A stretch of DNA of 64,000 bases from the human T2T-CHM13v2.0 reference genome, Homo sapiens. The position numbers were made by a program, and so were the translations under genes. The stretch lies in NCBI RefSeq assembly GCF_009914755.1, contig NC_060927.1; one strand, 5' to 3'. The notes below the pieces were generated by a model. It did not search any database. It was given only the letters and a program-made list of their open reading frames with translations, and was not told the origin of the DNA. Position 1 is the stretch's first letter; each line of letters starts with the position of its first letter. This document shows positions 31,845 to 45,474 of the stretch, in pieces.

Positions 31845-31986
31845 AGCTCATCTCTAGTTCAATAGATACCAGGAACACAGCTCAGGCCAATTGAAAATAC
31901 AATCTCTGGCAGTCTGGCCCAAGAATGGGATTTTAAGCACCTCTCCAGGTGACTATAATGTGCATTCTGAGTTTGGAACCACTGCT
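31845..31986. mobile_element. MER5A-like hAT-Charlie MITE fragment
   Basis: ttttaagcacctctccaggtgactataatgtgcattctgagtttggaaccactg. Confidence 0.6.
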
Positions 31987-32099
31987 TTAGATGTTATAAA
32001 TCCATTTGCAGCTAGGATCCAAAGTCAAGAAACTTGGGCTTAATGTGGGGAAAAACAGAAGACTTTGAAGGAAACATTGACAATTTGTCATCTGCGTAA

Positions 32100-33290
32100 C
32101 TTCTGTGACACTGTGCAATCTCCACGTGGCTTATCTCCATAATATCATTTCATGCTTTTCTCCTGCCCCTTTACTGTTGTATAGTCACTTTAATTCTCAA
32201 TTCATCAAACATGGCAAGTGCTATCATGCCTCAAGGATTTCACACATATTAGTCCCAGTTCCTACAATGCACTCTTCCCTACTCCTTGCCTGACTAGTTT
32301 GACAATTTATTATTGTGCCAATTTAGATAAGTGGTAATCACATTTCCCAGAATTCTCTTCCCTGCCTCAGTTCCAAATTAGTAGTGAATATAAGAGATAT
32401 TTGAAATGAGATCTGAAAGGCAGAGAGGAGTAACAGATATATTATTTTCACATGTGGAAAGTTGGTTCAAGGGAACTATGATGCAGGTACCCTTGTGATT
32501 CACACAGTTTTGTTCTCATTGGCTAGCTCATCTTGTTAGCAAGGAACAACAGTTGAGCCTATAGCTCCTTCAAGAACTACCACATCCTCCTTTGATTTCT
32601 TCAACTCCTGAACTATGTACATGTGGATCTCCATGACAAAGGTCCTAATTTATCCTGAAGTTCATTTGAATCATTGAGGTTGATAGCCTGGAGGGGGTGA
32701 GATACTGGTGCAAGTTCTAGTCCGTTCTTGCCTGTTTCAGGCTCTCCTTGTTCTCCACACTTCACACCCATGTACCCTTCCCAAATTCCTGTTCTGCTGA
32801 CTTCAACCTCCAGCACCAGATGCCAACATGGAAGCCTTATATAGGCTATTTAATCATCCCCCACCATCATGTGAGCTCAAATTCCTATAAGAAATCCCTA
32901 TATATCACTCCTAGTGATTCTATTTCTTCAAACAAATTCTGACTGATAGATCTAGCTTCTCTTTCTCCTTTAGGGTTTAAATTAAATATCCCTCCTCAGA
33001 GGCCTTCCCAGAGAACATTGTCTAGAATATACCCCTCTCTTCACTTCCCTAGTTACATTCTATCTCAGCCTCTTGTTTATTTTTTTCCAAGAACTTATCA
33101 TATTTATTTAGTTATTAGTGTTTGCTTATTTGTTGTCTATCTCCCTCACTACAATATAGATTCCATAGGGGAAGGAGTCATCACCATCCTCTTTATCACT
33201 TCATCTCCAATGTCTGGCACAATTCCTGATACATAGTGAATGTTCCAGAAACATTTTTGTATACATGAAATTAATGAAAAATAAATAGAC
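32100..33290. mobile_element. L2 3' region split by an ERVL LTR
   Basis: L2-like 32100-32290 and 32951-33290 (ctatctccctcactacaatatagattcc...gtctggcacaattcctgatacatagtgaatgtt). Confidence 0.65.
32291..32950 (+). mobile_element. LTR41-like ERVL solo LTR
   Basis: ttattgtgccaatttagataag...cacatttcccagaattctcttccctg at the start; ctagtgattctatttc...ctgactgata at the end. Confidence 0.55.
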
Positions 33291-33824
33291 ATACATTTTG
33301 GAGAGGTAGCTTTGAGAGCCTTGTGAACAAATAATTCAAGAAGAGACTTGTGACTGGCTAACCAGATAGGGAACTAGTGAAAGTGATAAAGGCCTGAAAT
33401 AGATCAGTGTAAAAAAATGAGGGGGAAAGATGTTTTTAAATGGACCATAAAAGGCTAGATAGAAGAATTTGGCTGCTCTATGAAGAAGTTTATTGGAAAG
33501 AAGGAAGAATCAAGATGACAGATTTCTCACAGGTTACCAGGGGAATGGTGATGCTGCAATAGATTAAAGACAAAGAACAAGTTTTAAGGAGTAAGACAGT
33601 GAGTTTGAAGTTTTCAATTCAAATGAAAATTTCTGGATAAAAGTCAGGAACTGTGACACACTTAGATGTATCAAATAGTGATATTATTTGAATCCATGAC
33701 AATAGTTAAAGTTATCTAGGTAGATTGTGGAAGTGAGTTAAGAAGGGGTCCAAGGAATACTTAAATATTTGTGATGGGAGGATAGGGGGTGACCAAAGAT
33801 ATAAAGCGTAAGAAATTTAAAATT

Positions 33825-34758
33825 ATTTTCTCCCATTCTGTAGGTTGCCGGTTCACTCTGATGGTAGTTTCTTTTGCTGTGCAGAAGCTCTTTAGTTTAA
33901 TTAGATCCCATTTGTCATTTTTGGCTTTTGTTGCCATTGCTTTTGGTGTTTTAGTCATGAAGTCCTTGCCCATGCGTATGTCCTGGATGGTACTGCCTAG
34001 GTTTTCTTCTAGGGTTTTTACTGGCCATCAGAGAAATGCAAATCAAAACCACAATGAGATACCATCTCACACCAGTTAGAATGACAATCATTAAAAAGTC
34101 AGGAAACAACAGGTGCTGAAGATGATGTGGAGAAATAGGAATACTTTTACACTATTGATGGGACTATAAACTAGTTAAACTGTTGTGGAAGACAGTGTGG
34201 CAATTCCTCAAGGATCTACACCTAGAAATACCATTTGACCCAGCCATCCCATTACTGGGTATATACCCAAAGGATTATAAATCATGCTACTATAAAGACA
34301 CATGCACACGTATGTTTATTGTGGTACTATTCACAATAGCAAAAACTTGGAACCAACCCAAATGTCCATCAATAATAGACTGGATTAAGAAAATGTGGCA
34401 CGTATACACCATGGAATACTATGCAGCCATAAAACAGGATGAGTTCATGGCCTTTGTAGGGACATGGATGAAGCTGGAAACCATCATTCTGAGCAAACTA
34501 TCACAAGGACAGAAAACCAAACACCGCATGTTCTCACTCATAGGTGGGAATTGAACAATGAGAACACTTACATACAGGATGGGGAACATCACACACCGGG
34601 GCCTGTCATGGGGTGGGGGGAGGGATAGCATTAGGAGATATACCTAATGTAAATGATGAGTTAATGGGTGCAGCACACCAACATGGCACATGTGTACATA
34701 TGTAACAAACCTGCACGTTCTGCACATGTTCCCTAGAACTTAAAGTATATTAAAAAAA
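33825..34758 (+). mobile_element. 5'-inverted, truncated L1PA (about L1PA4-6); inverted part 33825-34020, sense part 34021-34758
   Basis: ORF2p C-terminus ...KLETIILSKLSQGQKTKHRMFSLIGGN (ORF 34183-34554). Antisense ORF2 [21 protein letters not shown] aagaaatt(t/g)aaaattattt at 33810 and 34757. Confidence 0.95.
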
Positions 34759-35029
34759 GAAATTGAAAATTATTTACCATTTTAAAGTATAAAGGGAAAT
34801 TGTTTCATATCAGATAACTGCATTGATATTAAGAGCAGAGTCCCACACATCATTCCTCTGAACCAGGAACCTCAGAAACCAGCCAGTCAATGATATGAGC
34901 ATTTAATATTCTCTATCTTCTTTCCTTTTTTCTTCTCAACTCTTCTACCAAAATGCTCATTGTAATATTACAAACTGAGGTGAGAAACACTGCATTGCCT
35001 GCAAAGAGCTTTGCATTTTCTGCCTTATG

Positions 35030-35221
35030 CAGTACTTCTTAACTGGGGGCAATTTTGCTTTCCAAAATATATTTGGCAATGTTGGCAGGCATTTTTGACT
35101 GCTATGGAATCTCCTGGGTAGAGATCAGGATGCTGCTAGACATCCTACAGTGCAGAAGACAACGGTCTCCACTCCACAACAAGACTGTCCATCCCCAAAT
35201 TATTGAGGCTGAGAATCACTA
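35030..35221. mobile_element. MER20 hAT-Charlie MITE
   Basis: cttaactgggggcaattttgc...tgggtagagatcaggatgctgctagacatcctacagtgca...gaggctgagaatcact. Confidence 0.8.
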
Positions 35222-36095
35222 ATCTAGAAAAACGTTTTGCAAATAACTCTTTTGGAACATTATTTGCAAAAGTTCCCTGGAATATTAATAGATATTGTGC
35301 ATATGATTACAAACACATGTACATAAACAACTATGTGGTCAAATTAATTGTGAAAAAAATTAAACAGGTTTATTTACTCCAGTATTCCTCAAAGTCTTAA
35401 ATACATTAATGGACATTTTAAATATCTTAAAAATAATGTTCTGCATGTCCTGTTTCCTATACTTAGTTGACTTTGGAGACTGTTTCTGATGAAATACATT
35501 GAGGAAATAGTGTTCTCCAAAAAAACCTTTGGTAAACACTATTTTGGAGTCTAGGAATGGAATTTAGAATATAAGGGACATAACAATAGGATTATTGTCT
35601 CCTAAACAATGTACTAAGAGATAAGCATAGAGACCTGTCATCTAATTTCAGGTCTGATCTATTAATTAATCCAAGGAGTTAGTTGTAGAATGCTTTAACC
35701 AGGGGCCCATTATTATCTGATAAATAAAATCATATAAACTTAAGAATGTATGAAAATTTAAAAATACAATATCTGTGCTATAGTATTTGTAGAAAATCAA
35801 ACTAAGAAATATATAACATAAAAAATAGAAACCAAACCAACGTATTTAAACAAAGCATAGTATTTTTCAAATAATATAAATTAAATTTACCATTATACTT
35901 AAAATAAAAATATTTCAGATTAAATTTAAAATAGCATTCAAGCTATATAGAAACAAATGCTGTAAATCATGTGTCCTCCATTTACTTGGCATCTCTATAA
36001 AAATACGGCAAATTTAATCACTGGCTAAAATCACCGACTAGATTTTATTGCATTTTGGATTTATTCTGACATCAGTGAAAAAAACAGAAATGTCA

Positions 36096-36405
36096 TCATC
36101 CCTGGTTATTGTGGGATATTAGTAACAGGAAGCCCCTGGATAACAAAATCCCTGATGCTCAAGTCTCTGGTATAAAGTGGCATAGTATTTGCATATAACC
36201 TATGCACATCCTTCTGTATATTTTAAATAATCTCCAGAATACTTATAATACCTAATACAATGTAAATGCTCTGAAAATAGTTGTTACACTGTACTGTTTA
36301 AGGAATGACAAGAAACAGTCTGTACAAGTCCAGAACATCTTTTTTCTCCAATATTTTCATTCTGCATTTGGTTGAATCTGTGGATGCACAACCCATGGAT
36401 GCAGT
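36096..36405. mobile_element. MER2 (TcMar-Tigger) element
   Basis: aaaatccctgatgctcaagtc...tatttgcatataacctatgcacatcc...ggttgaatctgtggatgcacaacccatggat. Confidence 0.85.
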
Positions 36406-37454
36406 AAGCCATATATATATATATATATTAGCTGCAGCATCATATTATCATCACTACTTTTTAAAAGCGGAGCATTTTATTTGTCAAATGATGCTATCTC
36501 TCAGGCCTTATTCTTACTTGGAAAAATGGTGGTGGGCCATTAACTGGCAAGTATTATCAGTAGACATGGAGATTTTAAAAATTTGTAGCAAGTTTAGAAT
36601 ATTTTGAAGATTTTATATTATAAACTTTTAAAAAGAAAAAATATCTGGAAATAATTCAAAGAGTACAACAGTTAGTGATGATAATGCAAAATTGTCTGGA
36701 AAATAGGATATATAAAGAAGACTAAAAATGATGGCTGGCTTCTGAAAGAGAATTCTGAGGAATGAGTTACTGAAAATCCTGTTTGAACCAAAACCAGAAC
36801 ATATAAAAATATACTTAAATTGTACCAAGAGATAAGGTTAAACATAAAGATGAACTGTGTTTTCTGAAGTTGGCACTTTTATAGCATCTTGAGGGCAAGT
36901 GTCTCAACTCCTCTTATATGTTGAATTATATTTAATGCTACTTGGATAAAAATAAAATGTATTATTTATTTTTATCTATAACACACTTCTATGATTTTAA
37001 TAAATGTTTCTCTAAATGTATGTTGTAAAAAGTGGTTAAATAAAAACCACATGCAGCAATGGCAGAGTGAAATATATCAAAAGATTTTTCAAGGATGGAC
37101 GTGGGTGTTTGTGTGCATAAGGATAGGGTACTATACATGGAGGAAATACTATAGTTCAGTGCCAGTACCTCAGTATTTTAAGCTCTGAAACCTTTTTATA
37201 TACAGTTTTATATAAACCTTATATGTAGGAGTAGTGGTTATCTTTTAGGCAGGCTAAAATTAGCCAAAGTGAGAAGACTGATGCATAAAATCCTACTGCT
37301 AATATATTAATTGACAACAGAGCATGTACTTGCACAGATGTAGAAATGTTCATGTTGGCTTAATTACACATTATTTCTCAATCATTAATAACAGGTGAAG
37401 AGCAAAACTATATTATTTGTTTGGTGAGTATAAAATTATAAGAAGTGAATTCAT

Positions 37455-37705
37455 GCGTTAAGCAGATAGGCCAGTTTATACTGTAGTAGCACATTAAACC
37501 CTAAAATTTCAGTGGCTTAACATAATAAAGGTTAATTTCTATCTTGGAAAGGTGGAGAGTCATATGAAAGCTCTTAAAAATTCAGTCTGAGAGTGACACA
37601 GAACTCTTTTGCTCAATACTGGTCATATGGAATTGCCTAATGAAAGGAAGTCTAAGAGATGTGAAAATGCATTCAAATATTTGGTGAATTGTAGAGGGCT
37701 CTGCT
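37455..37705. mobile_element. MLT1-type LTR fragment
   Basis: aaatttcagtggcttaacataataaaggttaatttc...gagagtgacacagaactc. Confidence 0.55.
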
Positions 37706-38788
37706 CTGGTTAGATCAGTTGATTATTTAATGGCATAGGTTAAGATAGGCTTCTGCAACAATCCCTCAGGTTGTGAGGAATTTGTCCATGATCTGAACAG
37801 CTTAAAGAAGGGGCATACTTCTCCCTCTTTTAAAGAGCTGTAAAATGGACTTTGTTTACATTTTACTTTGAAGTTTCACTGTTCATGTGATATGATATCT
37901 GACAACCCCATTTTTAGTTTGGTGCAGTCCATTTAATATGTTTCTATTTAAAAATATAATGTCAGCTGACTTAGTAGCCACTCTATCTTTAGTGTTTCCT
38001 ATTTTAATTATACTTTCAACCAATCAATTACTATTTTTTAAAGAAAAAATACAGAGTTGAGGATATAATACTTAGACATTGCATTGTATTTAACAACCAA
38101 ATCATTTTAACTTGACTAATTAAATGTTTAATAAATAACCATTAAATCTTGAAGAAAATTGGTAAATTGAATTTATTCTTTCAGGGGTTTTAAGACACAG
38201 TTTACAAGTCCAGCATTTTCTAAATAATATGATTTATATTTTGTTAAAGACACACAAAATTTTACAAAATGTTTTCTGTGATAGAAAATAATTATAATTA
38301 ACCCAAATAATATGAATTAACCCACTTGAGTTAATTCTTATCCATAGAACTAAGAATGGTAGGGTGCTTGGAAAAAAATGAGTTATGCCTATATGAGCTG
38401 TTTAAGGTATATGTAAAACAGGAAGTTTGACAAATGCATATATAACATGATTTATTTTTATTTAGGGGATAACATAAACTAATGCATACCATGGTAAAAG
38501 AAGCATAGGGAAAAAACTGCTAAAATAGTCATCAACTCTGTTTGTAGCAGTGGATACAATTTAAAATATTCTGTAATATTTACTCTTTGTACATTAGAAA
38601 AATACATTACTTTCTTAATCAGAAAAATCATTAAACAATATTTAAAGAGAAAACATATATTTGACTAATGAGAAATTACATAAAATGATATTAAACTTAT
38701 TTTTGAGGGGTAAACTTTGATTAGTCTTATGATTCAAAGTCAAAAAACTCCATGAAAATTGACCAAATAAAAACTTCTTTGGGTAATG

Positions 38789-38925
38789 GTCCCAGCTACT
38801 TGGGAAGCTGAGGTGGAAGTATCACTTGAGCCCAGGAGTCCAGAGTTGCAGTGAGCTATGATTTTGTCACTGCACTCTGGCCTGAGCAAGAGTGCAATAT
38901 GCTATCTCAAAGAACAAAAATAAAA
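38789..38925 (+). mobile_element. Alu right monomer (AluJ/FRAM-like)
   Basis: ggtcccagctacttgggaagctgaggtggaagtatcacttgagcccaggag. Confidence 0.85.
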
Positions 38926-38969
38926 CCAAGCAAAAATTATCTGTCCCAAGATTTCCCTTTGTATTCTAC

Positions 38970-39622
38970 ATATTAGTTATCTGTTACTGTATAAGAAATT
39001 ACCCCCAAATCTGGCATCTTGAATAACAGTTATTAGCTCATAGTTTCTGTGGGTCAGGAATATAGGAGTCACCTAGCTGGATGGTTGGGGTCAGGAATAT
39101 AGGAGTCACCTAGCTGGGTGGTTGGGGTCAGGAATATAGGAGTCACCTAGCTGGGTGGTTGGGGACAACATCTCTCATGAATTTATAGACAAACCATGAA
39201 CTGGGACTGCAGTCTTATCTGAAAATCCAAATGGGAGTAGATGTGCTTCCAAGCTCACTCACGTGATCATTGGCAGGATTACGTTTCTCAGTGGCTGTTG
39301 GCAGAAGACTTAAGTTTCTTGTCACATGAGCCTCTCTGCAGGCTTCCATAGCGTACATTTGTAATGGCAGCTGGCTTTCACTAGAGCAAGTCATCCTAGA
39401 GAGAGGATATACATAGACAGAAGCTGGAGTATTTTTATAACTTAATCTTAGAAGTGATATACCATTGTTTTTTATTGCATTCTATTGGTAACAATTTACT
39501 ATAAATTGTATTCAAATATTGTTACAGAATGTATTAAACTAGTATTGTCAGGGATGGCATATACAAGTGTGAATAACAGAAAACAAAGATCATCCAATGC
39601 CATTCTAGAGACAGGCTAGCAT
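38970..39622 (-). mobile_element. MLT1-type MaLR solo LTR
   Basis: tattagttatctgttactgtataagaaattacccccaaa...ctcatagtttctgtgggtcaggaat...cttagaagtgatatacc. Confidence 0.75.
39051..39164. repeat. 37-bp minisatellite, 3 copies
   Basis: gggtcaggaatataggagtcacctagctgg(a/g)tggttg at 39051, 39088 and 39125. Confidence 0.97.
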
Positions 39623-41279
39623 ATTGCTCTTATCCAGCTTTCTTTTATACCCATAATAATTATCATTTTCTCATAAGTCAAATATACATTGGTTTGTTTA
39701 CTGCCTTCCTTTTACTACAATATGGGTAAACATCAGGGTAGAAACCTTGTCTGTTTTGTTTGTCACTAATGTTTGAAGCAACACATGGCTTACAGTAAAT
39801 GCTCAAGAAATATCTATTGAATGACTGGAAGCCTGAAGGATAGGTATATCTTTATAGTACATATCTGGGGAGTCGGTAGGTAGCAGAAATTTAAAATTTT
39901 TATTTAGTTGAGTTCACATTTTGATAATTTTACCCAACTATTTCATCCAAAAGCTTAATTTTTTTCCAAAAAAATTATATCTGTGGCATGAGTAAGTCAT
40001 TTCAGAAGGCTTTGTTCTTTTGAAGGGAAGGCAAAAAAAGAGATGGAGATATCTATGTAATTCCTCAATCTGGGTCTGCAAATAAAAAAAAAATAAGACA
40101 TACCATATGTCATATTGGAAAGACATCAATGCATACACACACATACACACTTATAATTTTGTTATATATAAACGTATTTCTTAAAAATCTATGGTATATT
40201 TGTTAGCTCCAGTTCAGAAGCTATTTTTTGAGAAGGCAGAAGAAAATCATCTTCATGTTTATTGGACCATGCATTTTCAGCCAAAGAGCAATTATACTTC
40301 TTAATATCACTAAGCACATTATAATGCTGAAAAGAAATATTGGTGGAAATTGTAATTTAAATTGCAGCAAAAGCTATGAAAAGTCAGCATTATTAAAAAC
40401 TGCTGAAAATTCAAAATCTAAATAGGTGACTAAACAACTAGCTGAAGAAAAAAATAGAATCATGGGCTAGATCAAGAAGACACTGAATGTTAATAATTTT
40501 ATTTTTCAAAGAATAGTCTCTGAAGTTATTCCAAGCATTTCTGAATAATTAAATATAAATTGGCATCTATTGAGAAGAATCTTGTATCCAGAACTGATAA
40601 AGAGTGGATATTCTCCTGATGGATAGACTGGCCTGTATCTATTATTTTAGTTCAATGTCTATGTTGTTTTGCTTTATAAAATGTTTTAAATGTCATATCT
40701 GATATTATCTATTAGTTTATGTTTAATTGGGGAGAAGTTAATTTGAGCATGTTTTGCTTTTCTCTCATGCATTTGAACTTTTTCTTGCATATTTGGTCCA
40801 CTTTTATTGTCAAGGACTCAAGCACTATCACTATTTATTTTTCTTAAATTTTAGTTCTTCAGTTTCTTAGTTAAGGCCCTTCTTACTTCCAAATAACACA
40901 TGGCCTCATCTGAGACGACCTGTTAAGAGTCAACTCTCAGTAAATATTTACTACAAGCTTGAATAACCCAACCTCCCTGCCCCCACTGCCTCATTTTAAT
41001 TTATTCCTACCTCCTGTGTCTCTGGACAGTGGTAGGATGACTTTCCTCATCCTGATTCTACTTTTACTCAACAATGTGTTATAAATGAAGGCATAGCACT
41101 CAGTCTTCCTTGTATTCAACCTTTTTTCTTAATCAAATTTACTGATTAAAATCAAATTATTTCCCTTAGTAAAACACTTTTGAATGGTTCCCATTTGTAA
41201 TTTGAAAGATATACAGAGGTTATACCTTTGAAGTCAAAGATATTATGAAAATTTCCTGCCCACCTTTTTCATGTACCTA

Positions 41280-42797
41280 TGACACAGGATCCTTAGGATG
41301 TTGCCTTGCCAGCCAAAACCTCTGTGGTGTTGGTGCCTTCTGCCTGAGTACTGCTTGGACCACTGGGCTGGATCCTACCACTCAGCCCAGCAGGCTGCAC
41401 TCAGTTCACACTATTGGCCTGGATTTCATGCCTGCCAAGGACAAGCCTGGCACAGAGCAAGCACGGGGGTCCCGCCACTGTGTACAGTCAGGAGTGCCGG
41501 CTGCAGCAGGGTGGGAAGCTCCCAGAGCCGGAACAGGTGCTGGTTCCATCAGACGCTACAGCTGGACCAGGCATACCATAAGCAGCTTCTACTGTGGGCA
41601 CCAGAGAATGCGGCGGTGCCTCAAAACTTAGCGATATCAGGAACTGCAGAGCCCCAAGGATGGTGTTGCAGCCCTGGCTCAAGGAACCCTAAGTCTGGAC
41701 TCCCCAGAGGGCTGCAACTAGCTTCTTCCTTCTTGTACCTGCAATGTGGTGAGCAGGAGGTGTGTTTCAGCCCTGTTTGTGTTACAGCTCTTTCTCTTTC
41801 AGCCCTGCTCTTTGGCAGGTCCCAAGTTCTTTTCCTGCATCCAGGAAGAATGAGGTACATGGACAACTGGAGGGTGAGCAAAGCAAAGAGGAGCTTCATT
41901 GAGCAACAGAATAGCACTCAGGAGATGTGAAGTGGGTAGCTCCTTTCCACAAGCAGGTCATCCCGACGAGTGTTCAACTATCAGTGGAGAGGAGAACCAC
42001 ATTGGGCAGCTCCTTCCTAAAGCTGGTAGTCTTGACATCTCTGTGAGTCTGGTTGAATCCAGGGTTTTTATGGGCTTCAGAAGGAAGGAAGTGCATGCTG
42101 ATTGGTCCATCGACAGCCATGGGTGGGCCCATATAAGGCACCATAAATTATCACTCCAGGCTGCTGACTCCACAGGGAACTGACAGCCCAGGCCCTATGC
42201 TTTACCTGGCTTGAAGGTTAGGCTTAACAGGAGATCCACTCTTTTTCACAAAGGAACCTGTCTGCCTCCAGCTGCCATCAATCATGTTGTCCATGCTGTT
42301 GAGGAGGTGCCTACAGGCCTGCGCTGAGTCAGCCTCAGCCCCTACTCAGCCTCTCTCCTGTGCTCCACACTGAAAGTCCGGATGGGGCTGAGGCAGCAGG
42401 GGGCTGGTGTGCCAGCACTGCCTCAAGTGCATGCACACCTGTCCGGGTTGTGACATCATCCAGGAGGGGCCTCAACTTTGGTCTGAAATTGGATCGGGCA
42501 CCGAAAGTGAGGAGAGGCCAGGCAGTGGGAGTAGGAACTTCTGAGCCTGCGGGGGCAGCTGGATTCCCAGGCCTCTGAGAGTGCAGGGATGCATGGATCC
42601 ACAGCCACAGCTGGGTGGCTGCAGCCACACCTGGGTGGGGGTCTGGGGTCTCCAGCCCTGCCAGCTCAGAAGGGGACAGGGCCCCCTCCTGTTCCCAGCT
42701 CTTGCCGGCTCCATGGAGTGTGCAACCCCAGCAATTGCTTCCCCAATGCAGATGGTGTCTTCGCAGCAGCCACTGCAGGTGGGCTGCGCTGCCATCA
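41280..42797 (-). mobile_element. MER52-type ERV1 3' LTR
   Basis: Minus strand begins tgatggcagcgcagccc and ends ...ggatcctgtgtca; GC-rich; preceded on the minus strand by the PPT tcagagggaggat. Confidence 0.85.
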
Positions 42798-42901
42798 ATC
42801 CTCCCTCTGAAGAGGTACAGGAAACTGCCATTAGGATAGGGATGATGACCACGCTTAACGGCTTCATGCTGCTAGGAGGCACTGTTTTGGGGAAAACGCA
42901 G

Positions 42902-43045
42902 TCAGATCTTTCTCAGAGGCCTATCCAAGGGTCCTTGGTAAAAGGGAGCCATCATCTGAGGCTCCAGTTGCATGACCACTTGGTGTCTGATGGCCTCTAG
43001 GCAAGAAGAAACAAATTTTACAAGGAGGTTAATTATGCGAAGGAA
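42902..43045 (-). pseudogene. ERV env remnant (TM cytoplasmic tail only)
   Basis: IINLLVKFVSSCLEAIRHQVVMQLEPQMMAPFYQGPLDRP resembles HERV-W/ERV9-type Env tails (IFNLLVNFVSSRIEAVKLQMEP...RPLDRP); located just before the PPT. Confidence 0.8.
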
Positions 43046-43965
43046 AAAATCTAGTGCCAAAGATAACAGAAATAAGAAGTAAAATAGACTAATCATTCAG
43101 AAAACAATATTGTGGCTAGAGCTGTTTCACCCTGGTAAAAGAAATTAAATCTTGTATGGGGGCAGTTAAAGTTTAAAAGAGAAATAACTGTTTAGGGGGG
43201 TAGATAATCCCTTGAGTTTACTTTCCCGAAAAAGAAACCTTTGGGTTATCGGCACCCCATTTACCCCCCATCTCTTGGCAGGATTTACAGGATAATTGCC
43301 CAGAATTAGAATGTTCATCCAGATTTTTACTTTACCTATCCCTTTTTTTTGGTCTGAGCTGCAGTCAGAGATAGTTGGCTAGTTCACAGGAATAAGCAGG
43401 GTTAATCTAAAATGCAGAGAAAAACTTCAAAACAACCAATGAGAACCTATCCAAGTCCTATAACTGATTATAAACTATCCTTTGAAGAGAATAAATACAA
43501 GACAACAATTGCCTGTGGATGACAAAATGTCTTAGGTTAGTTCACAGTCAAAAACACAATTGACAAGGAAATTTGGTTATTTCTGTGGCTTACGGTAACT
43601 TAACATAATAATGCTATTTATGATTGCTAGCATATACTCAGACATTTGAATTTTAGAAATCCCATACAATTTTGGAACATACATTATCGTTTACTAAAAT
43701 ATAACTTAAACAAGATTAAACCTTATTTTTATTTGGAAAATCCCATGTAACTAAACATGTCAAATAATCCTATTTACCTCTTGTTTGAATGCTCCAGGGG
43801 CCCTCTGTAGCATCCCAAAATTAGGGGTCAGAAAAGATAATTATGAAGCTGAAATTTGATTTGGGGAAGCCTATCAAATACATTAAAGGTTTAAAACACT
43901 TGATATTATAAAAAGAATTCCAGATTACCATAAGTAATTTATTTAGCCAAAATGATGATTCAACA

Positions 43966-44265
43966 TTTTTTTTTTTTTTTTTTTTTGAGACGGAGTCTTG
44001 CTCTGTGGCCCAGGCTGGAATGCAGTTGCGCGATCCGTCTCACTGCAAGCTCCGCCTCCCAGGTTCACGCCATTCTCGTGCTTCAGCTTCCCAAGTAGCT
44101 GGGACTACAGGCACCTGCCACTACGCCCGGCTAATTTTTTGTATTTTTTAGTAGAGACAGGGTTTCACCGTGTTAGCCAGGATGGTCTTGATCTTCTGAC
44201 CTTGTGATCCGCCCACCTAGGCCTCCCAAAGCTGGGATTACAGGCGTGAGCCACCGTGCCCAGCC
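43966..44265 (-). mobile_element. AluY SINE
   Basis: caagctccgcctcccaggttcacgccattctc; gtgttagccaggatggtc; TSD ttcaacattttt. Confidence 0.95.
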
Positions 44266-45135
44266 ACTTCAACATTTTTTTGGAAAAGCAAAAACCTTTA
44301 CTCATTACTAGGGCAGACTCAGCTTTCCAAACGATCTGTCTCTTGTCTTTTCCTTCTTTTTTCAGTAGTTTATTCACAAAACAAACTAAAATTTTTCAAT
44401 ATCCTTAACATTACATGAAAATCTTGTTCAAGAGAGATAGACAAATTTCACCCTTTATTTGTCTTTTAATGTCAATCCCAATTTTTTAATGAAAACTTAT
44501 AGAAAAATCTATCCAATTTTAATCAGTTTGACCATGAGGTGAGATTCTTACAAACCTTTTATAACTCTTAACTAATTTTTGTTAAAGAGTATATCAGTGC
44601 CTTAAGAAACACTTGTGCTTTTATTCCAATGCTCAATTTATGGAAAAATCGAATAATACCCTTTTGAATTTAGTCAGTATGTTCACACACAGATTTTATT
44701 TTACAATATTAAGTTTTACAAACCTTCCCAACTCATTTAAACCTTTAGCTTTATCTTAATTAAAAATAATTATTTAACCCTCTACAGTAAGAAAAAATTT
44801 ACGTGTCTTCCTATAATCTTTTATTAAAAACACATTTTACTTACCTTAAACACCTTGCATGTAAATCTATTTTCAGTAGTCTCAATACATGTTAAATGGT
44901 AACTCTTAGCAATTTTTTAAATTTTGGTGTAAAACATGATAAGTTATTTTAATTATGTACTAGGTGCAGATAAGGCCTAACTCTTTCCAACATAGTCGGG
45001 GTGTGGTTAACTTCATATGTCCCCAGGCCTTACCAAGCTGAAAAGAAGGCAAGTCAAACAATTTTCAAAAGCCGAAGAAGCATTTCATGACCTTAAAGCC
45101 TTTAGCAACCCTAGTATCTGACCTGCATAATGTAG

Positions 45136-45474
<339 letters not shown>

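Noticed and set aside
39051-39164. 37-bp repeats as a CRISPR array
   Set aside because: The units are head-to-tail with no spacers, lie in a mammalian LTR, and there are no cas genes.
41298-41930. 210-aa ORF and many overlapping ORFs at 41.2-43 kb and 48.7-50.5 kb
   Set aside because: They lie within GC-rich MER52 LTRs where stop codons are rare, and are not preserved between the two LTRs.
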